NCBI GenBank assembly: GCA_030264375.1
Contig: JASCQW010000128.1
Span: 31,593,003-31,657,002 of the forward strand
DNA from: Carcharhinus longimanus
Taxonomy: Eukaryota
Length of the DNA: 64,000 nucleotides
Direction of reading: 5' to 3'
Made by a program: the position numbers and the translations under genes. Below the pieces are notes generated by a model. That model saw only the letters and a list, made by a program, of their open reading frames with translations, did not search any database and had not been told where the DNA came from. This document shows positions 54,446-64,000 of the stretch, one piece after another. Position 1 is the stretch's first letter. Every line of letters begins with the position of its first letter.

Positions 54446-55039
54446 CCCCTTCCTCCCTACTGACACCATTTCCCTTTATGGTCTCTATTCCCCGCCAGGT
54501 TCACTCTCCCACCACCTTCACCCCCACCTCCCACCTTAATCCACCCTTCTTTCACTACATATCATTCATTAGCATCAGAGAAGACTCTGATGTTCCAAAG
54601 CAGATCCAACAGCATCAAGCTGCTGCATGGATACGTCCCATCTTCAAGAATTGCTTCACAGCAGAGACATATGATGAAGATCCATCCACCACATGATGCA
54701 TGATGTGTTCTTCCAGGGTCCAGTAGCTGCAGGCCTTCAGCATTATCTTTATTTCGGATGCCTGTGATCTGAACAGGATCCTTAAGGTATGTTCTGACTT
54801 TTGCACACCACATTGCTCCAGACATGTTCTGGGCTGGCAAGTTTTCTCTTCGGCCAACCAATTAGTGGGATGCAAATCGATTTCATGCTGGCCTCCAGCG
54901 GGATTCCTGCTCTACCATGGCAAGCACTAGCAGAAAATCCCACTATAAACTCACCAGTGTGAAACCAATTTTTGCACCTTCTGCTTTATTCTCCCCCATT
55001 TCCAGCTCATCATTGATCCTGCAATGAAGACATGAGGTA

Positions 55040-55880
55040 ATGCCCTATGCTTCCACTGCCTTTTGACGAAGGGGGTTTTAAAGTCTCTGAACCCTGAAGA
55101 AAAAAAAACTCCTTTCATCTTTATCTTAAATGGGTGACCCCTTATTTTTAAAATAATAACCCCTAGTTGTATATTCCCCAAACAAGGAAACATCCTCTCC
55201 ACCTCCACCCTGTGAAGACCCCTCAGATCTTGTATGTTTCAATCAAGTCGCCTTTTACTCTTTTAAACGTTAATGGATACAAACCTAGCCTGTCCAAAAA
55301 AAGACTATTGCTTTCATTCCTACATAATTGCCCTTTTTTAATTCTTGGGCCCACTTTTCTGTCCCTCAAACTAAATGTAGTGTTCAAGCACATTATGATC
55401 ATTGCTACCTACGGGTGCCTTCAACACGAGGTTATCAATTAGTCCTATCACATGGCACAATATTAAGTCTAGCATGGCCTGCCCTCTAGTTAGTTCCAGA
55501 ACATGTTGTTCTAAGAAACTATCCCACAAACATTCAATGAACTTCTCATCTCAGCTACCTTTGCCCATTTGATTTTTGATCTAGATAAACATCCCCCAAG
55601 ATTATCGCTGTACTTTCCTGACAAGCTCACTTTATCTATACGCTGTCTTACCATGTAGTTACAATTAGGGAGGGCTGCACACTACTCCTATAAGACTTCT
55701 TGCCTTTATCATTTCCATCTCAACCCACATAGCTTCTACTTACTGTTTTCCTGAACTTGGGTCATCCCTCTCTAATGCACTAATATCATCATTAATTAGT
55801 AGAGCCACCCTTCCTGTTCCTGTTCTTCTTTAATGTCATGTACCCTTCAATATTCAGGTCCCATGCTACGTCATCCTACA
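55040..55880 (-). mobile_element. Old CR1 fragments
   Basis: ORF track 54951..55208 (LKIRGHPFK). The adjacent sequence resembles the CR1 endonuclease region on the minus strand. Confidence 0.6.
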
Positions 55881-56199
55881 ACCATGGTGACTAAACCATG
55901 GTGAAACTTCTGGGACAGATGTGACAGTTTTCCACTGAAGCAACTGAGTGAAAACTGGGAGATCTAATTCTTGGTTTTTGAACCACATTGTTCAGCCTTG
56001 ACGGTTTGCATTCCACATTTAGCACTGGCACCAATCCCAATAGTGCTCAATCATATTATTCAGTGGGAGTATTTAAATCAATTCAAGGCCAGTACATGTC
56101 CCTATAACCTTCAAATTTTTGCATTTAAAGTAAAGTGGCTCGTGCACCAGGATTATCAGGGCTCTATGTGTCATCATCAATCCATGCATACCCGTGCCT

Positions 56200-57460
56200 C
56201 CAAGTCAGATACGTTCAAGTCTCACTTCAGACTGGAGCACAAAATCCAGACTGATACGCCAGAGGGAATGTTGCACTGTATTCAAAGTAAACCAGAATAG
56301 TTCTTCTTGATATCCTACCAATAATTATTTCGTAACCAATATCATTAAAATGGATTACCTGGTTATTATCACATTTCTGTCTTTGGGACCTTGCTGTACA
56401 AAATTAGCCAAAGTGTTTCCTAATTACAACAGTCACTACATAAGTAATTAATTAACCATGAAGCATTTGGGGGATGCCCTGAAGATGTGACAAGAGCTAT
56501 ATCAATGCAAGTTCTTTCTGAATTCTTTCATTCAATTAATATACCTGTTTCTCAAGCTGGAAATATTAGCAAATCTTGATGCTCCGATTTGTGAGATAAA
56601 AGGGATCAGAACAGCCCATTCCAACTCCAAAATTCAAATAAAAGAAAACAGTCAATAATATATAGGCCCAGCTTTATAAAAGAGATTTTACTTCAAAAGT
56701 ATTTTGAGCTAAAAATCTAGGTTGATAATCTAGCACAGTACAAACAGAATTGCCACCCTTTGGATGTAACACTTAAATGAGACACCATCTGCCTTCTTAG
56801 GTAGATGGAAAAATTGCACTTGTGCTTTTCAAAGAAGAACAGGGGAGTTCTCCCCTGCATACTAGGCCAAAATTCACCCTTCAAAGAACACCTAAAACAA
56901 ATAATCATGTTGTTTTGTGAAAATTGGCTGCAGTGTTTCCTATGTTTCAACAGTGATTACACTTCAAAAGTATTTAATTAGCTGTAAATTAGCTTTAATT
57001 AGCTGTAGGTGACATTATGGGGTCTAAAGTTAAGGAGAGGGTACACGTAAGGGAAGAGGCCGAGGATGTCCCAATAATAAAGGGAGTAGGGGGCGTGAGT
57101 ATGGTTGGTGGCGTTCTGGCAAANNNNNNNNNNNNNNNNNNNNNNNNNNNNNNNNNNNNNNNNNNNNNNNNNNNNNNNNNNNNNNNNNNNNNNNNNNNNN
57201 NNNNNNNNNNNNNNNNNNNNNNNATATTTAAGTCATGGGTAGATAGATTTCTGATAGACAAGGGAATTAAGGGTTTTGGGGAGAAAGCGGGAAAGTGGAA
57301 TGATCCACTTCAGTTCAGCCATGATCTTATTGAATGGCTGGGCAGGCTTGAAGGGCTAGATGGCCTACTCCTGCTCCTTTTTCTTATGTTCTTATGTTCT
57401 AAAGTGCCTTGGGTGACTTGAAGTTGTGAATGTGCTATGGAAATGCATGTCTTTCTTTCT
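56200..57460 (+). mobile_element. Cluster of Deu-domain SINEs (56200-56520; inverted piece ~56735-56825; 56825-57460 split by a CR1-tailed insert and gap)
   Basis: Repeated gaagaacaggggagttctcc, aattggctgcagtgtttccta and cagtgattacacttcaaaagta motifs. The insert ends in (cttatgtt)2, after which the SINE resumes. Confidence 0.65.
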
Positions 57461-58234
57461 TCCGTAAGGCTGTGCTACCTGTGGTTAGGCGACTGGTTTT
57501 CCAAGACTGGAGATGGTCTTTGGGTTGTAATTCTGCTAACTTATTCAGTGATGCTATAGAGAGTACAGACAGACCATTCATCCCATCCTAATAGCCCTTC
57601 AACTTTAAATCCCATTTTCCTGTATATTATCCAAAATTGGTTATAGTCTTTGTAGGGGATCTTCTACACATAACTGTAGCAGAGATGAATAACACAGGGG
57701 AGAGGAGAGGGCAGCCTCCCCGGAAACAACATCGGTATGAAGCTGACACGTTCCTTGCAGACCTGCCCTGCAGCCGCAAAGCACTGCAGGGCAAACTACT
57801 GAGGGTGAAGTGGGACTTGTAACTGCCTCCCCTGCCCTCTGTATCTGCCAGCCAACAGAGTGGGGTAACAGGTCCATCACTGCCAGCTTGAGTAGGTAAG
57901 GGAGCGGGGAGGGGGTTGGTTTATGGAAAAGGGGGGTTGACTTAAGGGGGAGATACCCTGTGATTAGCAAAGGCAGTCCCAAAAAGCAACCATTCCTCCC
58001 TTATCACCTTCCCAGCCTTCATGCATTTGAGTGAAAATAATCAGCCTTTCTTCGCCTGCCTGGCTGCACACACCAAACATTTTATAGCATGGGCAGCATA
58101 TTATCAGAGTCAATTGACTTGACATCAAGCCTGATTCATCCTTGATTATTCATATGATGGGTGGGCTACCATATTATGGGAGTGAGGTTAGTGGTGGGAT
58201 GGGTGCCTACCAAATATCTCATAAAATTCAGCCC

Positions 58235-58520
58235 ACAATCCTGCAATCCCCTACAAATATTGACACAATCTTGAGATCCCAAAAAATATTTATACACTTC
58301 TAGACCCACGATAAATACTGGCAGACTTCTGGGGGGCCCATACTAACATTGGCACTTTCCTGGAAAACTCTTCAAATATTGGCATGTTCCTGGGGATTCT
58401 TATCAATATTAACAAGCTGCTAGGAATCACCTATGAATATTGGCACATTCCCAAGGAACCCATTCATTTATTGGCACACCCCTGGAATTCCATACCATTA
58501 TTGCCACATCTCTGGGCACA
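58235..58520. repeat. Degenerate minisatellite, about 9 units of 29-31 bp
   Basis: Core atattggca-like motif at 58257, 58286, 58315, 58346, 58376, 58406, 58437, 58468 and 58498. Confidence 0.8.
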
Positions 58521-58896
58521 CCTGTTCTAACCTCTAAAAGACAGGGTAAGCTCAGAAGACATAGGGCTGAAGACATGCAAATAAAGGAAGTACATCATTT
58601 AATATTTTTCTCATCCTTTGAACCTTAGCAGTGCTGGCCGCTGAAAATACGAGTGCATTCCTTCTATCCAGAAGTGGTAAAATCAGGGTGATGGGTTTCT
58701 TTTACATATTTCAAAAGCTGCTGCATTTTATGCAATTGACGGTAGGACAGTTGAATGCACGGATGTGGGTTAGGGGTTGCTAAAGAGATTATTTTCAGGA
58801 CTTTCTAATCTAGCCACCATTGGTACCATCTAGAAGGACAAGGATAGCAGACACTACCTACCTACTTCTAGTTGCCTCTCATAACTTTACAAACCA

Positions 58897-58954
58897 TTGC
58901 ATTGTTATTTTTTCACTTGCTATCGTTGCATTATTATTTTTTCACTTGCCATCG
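58897..58954. repeat. 29-bp tandem duplication
   Basis: ttgcattgttattttttcacttgctatcg / ttgcattattattttttcacttgccatcg (27/29). Confidence 0.9.
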
Positions 58955-60589
58955 TATCAATAAAACTTGGGTGAATTACTTTTTTCACCTCTATTCATGT
59001 TACTTCATGTCAAGTTTAAAATTAAAGGAACATTGAGGATTTCTAAAGTGAACCTTACAAAATACAATGCCGTATTACTAGGAGTTCCCTTTCAAGCCAC
59101 AAACCATCCTAACTTGGAACTATATTGCCATTCCTTCATTGTCACTGTTCTCCCCATGGGAACACAGAGTATACTTACTGCAGCCGTTCAAGAAGGCAAT
59201 TCACCACCACTTTCTCAAGGACAGTTGTGGATAGTGAGTAAATGCTAGCCTAGCCAGCATTGTGCACATCCCATGAATTAATTTTAAAGAATTATTATTG
59301 TGGCTGTATTCTGATTCAAGTGGACATATAATAACTAGCCATCAAATATCACCAAAACAGTTAGGAAAGATTGCCTTATACAATGGATTGTTAGTTTGGA
59401 ATACTTTGCTAAAGAGGATAGCTGGAATTTTTAAACAACAACAATTTGGCTTTCTACAATGCCTTTAATGTAAAACATCCCACAGAGCCTTAAAGGAGCG
59501 TTATAAAACAAAATATAACACCAAGCTACATTAGGAGATATTAGTGTGACGAACAAAAGCTTGGTCAGAGAAGTAGATTCAAGATATTTTTTAAAGGACA
59601 AAAACAGTAGAGGCAGAGAGACGTGGGGATGGTTCCCATAGCCTTTTAGCATGCCCTTTCCTAAAAGAGGAGTGACTCTTTTAGTCACTCTTTTAGTGAC
59701 TAAAAGAGTAATGGGAAACACCTAAAAAGAGCGAACAATTTACAATGTCAGCTTGGTGTTTAATGGGAATGTGACCATGGAGTGAGAAGTGGGTCTCATG
59801 TACAAGTTGAGAGAGGACATACAGGGAGATGGGATAGATACTGGTGAAAGATGCAAATACAAAGCTAGTTAAGGGGGCAGCATTATAGGAGATGTGGCCT
59901 GGGCCAGGGGAAGGGAGGAATGTGGCAAAGGCAGATGATCCAATGAGCTCCTTGCACTTTTTGCTGAAGGTGAGGGTGGAGGTGACAGGGGAGAAAGATA
60001 CATTTAAGCAGACAGTTTGCAATAGAAAAAGAAATGCTGGAAGTTATCTTTGCTTTCCAGGAAACTCTGAAGAGAAAATTCAATAAATATTTGAAGTAGA
60101 GGATGGTGAAAGACAATGGGAAAGACTAGGACAATGAATAGTTTTGAATCTGCTCTAGCAAGGTGCCAGTATCAGTAGGAAAGGCCAATCTAACTTGACA
60201 TCGGACCTGCTGAGATTTTTCCAGCATTTTCTCTTGTTCCCCAGAGCATTGAGTCCTCTGAATGACCAAGCTAGGATCCTACTACTACATCACCATCATA
60301 TTATGTATTATGTACAATAATAAAAGTTCAAACTCAAAAACTGCCCAGCACACAGAAGCTGAGTGACAAATAGACCACCGTCCTTAACCTCAATTTTGAG
60401 TGCTGTGTACATCGTAACTAGATATTGTCTCGTGATTATTCCTTTACTGATCTAGGTTGTTGTCTTAATCAAGCTTCTCATGCAATGGCTGATTCCTTTT
60501 TTTTGTAAATTCACACCAAAAACCAAGGACCCAACTATAACATGCGTAGTCCTGATCTAGTTGGACAGTGAACAGTCTGGCCTGTATAT

Positions 60590-61065
60590 TACAAATAAAA
60601 CATAAAAGCACTGATGAAGCTGCAAAACATATTTACAAGGATGCAATCAGAACTGAGGATTGCAAATGTTGCAGAGACTGAAGAGTTTGGGGCTCTTTTC
60701 TCTCATAGAGGTGAGGGGTAACCTCATATAGAGGTCTTTAAAATTATGAAGGAATTATGGTGTCAATATGGAGGAGATGTTTTAATTTGTGGGATCCAAA
60801 TTAGAGATCATAAATAGAAGATGGTCAATAATAATCTAATAAGGTTTTCAGGAGAAACGTCTTTACCCAGAGTGGTGAAAATATGGAATGTATTACCAAA
60901 AGATTTAGTTGAGAGTATTAGCATTTTACAAGGAATAGATAAAGGAGAAAGGGCTAGAACAATATGTTGGTAAAGTTAGATGAACCAAGGTAGAAAGAGG
61001 CTCATGTGGAGCACAAACACTGCCATAGACCAATGGGGCCTGTTTCTGTGCTATGCTTTCTATGT
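60590..61065 (+). mobile_element. Old CR1 3' fragment
   Basis: atttacaaggatg, gaggtctttaaaattatgaagg, ctttacccagagtggtgaaaatatggaatg, ggcctgtttctgtgcta. Confidence 0.7.
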
Positions 61066-64000
61066 GTAAAGAAATGCCCAATATTGGATGCAGTTAATCA
61101 AGCAAATCCACCTGTTGCTCAGAATTCTGAGGAATGTAATTAAATGTAAATAGAGATTCACACCAGCTGTATTTAGCTCCAACTCCTGAAAGACTAAGAT
61201 ACTCGACCAAAATATCCTGAGATCGTTACACTTCAGTAATATATGGCAGACAATTAAGAATTTTTAAAAACAAATTGTAATATCATTTGCAGAAAACAAA
61301 CTTCCTTCTATATTGTATCACTCTTTCCTTCCTATCGCTTCTCCTCAAAATATTGACTTGTCGCTGGGAAAAATGTTGACTTGTCTGAGATTAGGTTGAC
61401 CCTGGGCTACTTCTTCACTTGTATAATTCAACCCTCATATCTCAACCCACAGTTGCCTCATTTCTGGGGTACCTAACTCATCTAGTATTTCACCCAAGTA
61501 CCTAGCCCTTCTAGCACATCATCTATCCAGTAACTTATCCCTCAGGCATCTTGTCCCTTTCCCTGACTTCTGCTCCCTACTTTTATTCTCTCACCCCTTT
61601 GGTTCTTCACCCATCCAGTCTCATTCCTTTAGTCATATTCCACTTCATTCTTCATCCCTGTACTCTCTTGCCCTCCAGTAATTGCTCAAGAGATCACTTC
61701 ATGAGTGAGCCTACAAAAAAAAAATCTTCCCAGGAATTCAACCTTGGAGGAACCACAACTGAATCTCATTCTGCTGTAATGTCCGCACAGACACACAAGC
61801 ATGTACAAATCCACACACCTAAATGCTAAAAATCAATTTCTACACAGCACTAACAAGAGCAAGGAAAGAACCCTAATACCATTTATAGCTTGAGGGTCTG
61901 AGCTGTAAATAATCGGGTTCATGATCAGAAGTGCTTTTACAACTTGGCATCAAGTGTCAAATTATTGTCAGTCTGTAACATAAGTTTATAAAATGGCATA
62001 ATAGAAGTTGGCCTTTGACCCAGAAGTGACATAACCACGATTATGTTACATGTTATATGAAGTGATGATCTGGGGATGTTGGAATGTGTTAATTCATTGC
62101 AGCATGGGCTAGGCTCCAGTTTTCAACGCTGTTTTCAGTGGTGTCCTTAGATGGCATTTTGCCATGGTTCGGTAGGAATTAGAAGCAACAAAAAGCAACA
62201 GAAGTGCTTTCTGTGGTCACACTTGATCAGTTTTTATTAAAATTCCATAGGCATTCCATCATTCAAAAAATCTTCTCCCCAGATCCCAGTGAACACAACA
62301 AAATCAATGGCCCATTTCTTGACCACTCTGCCAAGATGTACCAGGCAGGAACTTGATGGAATACCGGTTAGGGTTAGTTACAGGAAAAAAAATCAAGAAG
62401 TTTAACACCATCCAAGGCAGAACATGTCACTCGATAGGTACCCCTGCCCCTGACTTAACAGCCAGTCCCTCCATCACCAGTGCACTGTACCTGCCAGATA
62501 TGGGATTTACAGAATGCATTGCAGAAACTCACCAAAGTCACTTAAGCAATTCCTCCTTTCCTGCAACCACAATCACTGAGAATACCAATGTTATGGGGTA
62601 CCATTGTCTCTAGGACGCGCACCATTCTTGGAAATATATTGCAGTTCCTTCATCGCTTTGGATCAATATTGTGGCATTCCCAATCTAACAGCAATGTGGT
62701 AGTACCTTCATCATACAGACTGTAGCAGTTCAAAGAGGAGGCCCACCACTCAAGGGAAACTAGCAATGAATAAGACGTGAACTAAAAGAAAGATCCTTGC
62801 AACAGGAAATGAGCTTTCCTAATTCTGGTTGCAGTCAGGACATTTGAACATTTTGCAAACTAATCCAGGACCTCCCCCTACTGGCTATACATCAGCAAGA
62901 CATGATTCTAAATTAGAAAAAGTGAAGTTTAATTTTAACTCAATTCAACTTTAGGGAAATCACTGGAAAGCCCACTAAAATTGGACTGTCTGCCCCGAAC
63001 CAGGCAATGATAACCCCAAATCAAAAGACAAAATTTATAGAAATCAAGGAAGATTTAAGACTGAATCTGACTGTAATATCTGGTCTCAGTAGAGTATTTT
63101 TGGTGACCTCAGTCGATTTAATTTTCACCTTCTTATTAAATGTATTTGTCCTACCTGTATTGTGGTCTCTTTTCATACCTACAGGAAATATTTCAGCTGT
63201 TTGTTGTTTCCTTTGTATCAACAATCACTGAATTTCAGAATATTTCTTTATGTGAAACAGTATGAGATATTGTGATCTGGTGATAGTACATTATTGTGTT
63301 CATTAGTAGAATTAATAAATTTGCTTGTTTTACTGTCTGTTAACTGGTTTCTTATACCTCCACTTCAAATAATGATTAGCTACAAATCAAAGACTCCTGT
63401 CTATGCTATAAATCTGTATGATAAAAATATATTTAGTTACAATCCTTTCCATTTATCAATGATAAAGGTACTGAGATGACAATGAATCATCAGTTCAGCC
63501 TCTGGTTCAAGATGGTGGACATGGCACCTTTGAATGGATTATAATAAGAAATCAGCTAATGCAGTAATGAGTAATGTAGAGGGCTTTCACAGGCTTTTCA
63601 GCTTTCTCACCGGGGCTCAAATCCAGCCTACACAAATAGCTTGAAAGTCTCCTCTGTTTTCTGACTTTAAATTTGTGTATGCGGAATAGATTTGGCATAT
63701 TGGCCCAATTCTGAGTGGGCATGGCCTAATGGAACTGAACCATTATTGATACAGTATAAATCTCACTTAGACACACCTAAGAATGGCCAGTATGCCAAAT
63801 GGGCAAAACAAATATCACACTGGAATGGAAGCTGCTGTTTGAAGAATGTTATGCAGCCTATAATTGAACATGAAACCAAGTGACTTGAATCCTTGTAACA
63901 TTGGTATAGTATTTAGAAAAAAACATGGTTCTTTAAATATGGGAGGATAGGTCAACAACATTTCTGTTTCATGAAATTTAGTTTTGAATATATTGTGTTC

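Noticed and set aside
57008-57123. Mitochondrial insertion (NUMT)
   Set aside because: Strand-skewed composition is suggestive, but I could not recognise any mitochondrial gene motif.
58235-58520. CRISPR-like array
   Set aside because: Vertebrate DNA, no cas genes, degenerate 9-bp cores and alignable 'spacers'.

Overview
This is eukaryotic, repeat-rich genomic DNA from a cartilaginous fish, almost certainly a shark (inferred from HE1/V-SINEs, Deu-type SINEs, CR1 LINEs and Penelope elements), with several N gaps. The only intact host gene is sarcalumenin (SRL) on the minus strand. Six coding exons are visible between 17588 and 44730, with canonical GT-AG sites and phase-1 junctions. They include a 1140-nt symmetric cassette exon encoding the acidic Ca2+-binding domain of the long isoform. 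The signal-peptide exon 1 was not found, and about 50 codons of the last exon fall in a gap. Downstream of SRL lies a decayed full-length Mag-type Gypsy LTR retrotransposon (9654-15780). Its RT is split by a 1.6-kb insert made of an intronless GPATCH11 retrocopy with no poly(A), fused directly to an HE1 SINE and flanked by a 20-bp direct repeat identical to the SINE/CR1 3' tail. This is the most unusual structure in the window. SRL introns hold a decayed Harbinger-like element with a spliced Myb/SANT gene, a young Penelope insertion with TSD lies upstream of the acidic exon, and the window also has fold-back inverted duplications and degenerate minisatellites. No prokaryote-type system (CRISPR, operon) is present. 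All family assignments come from recalled motifs, not database searches.
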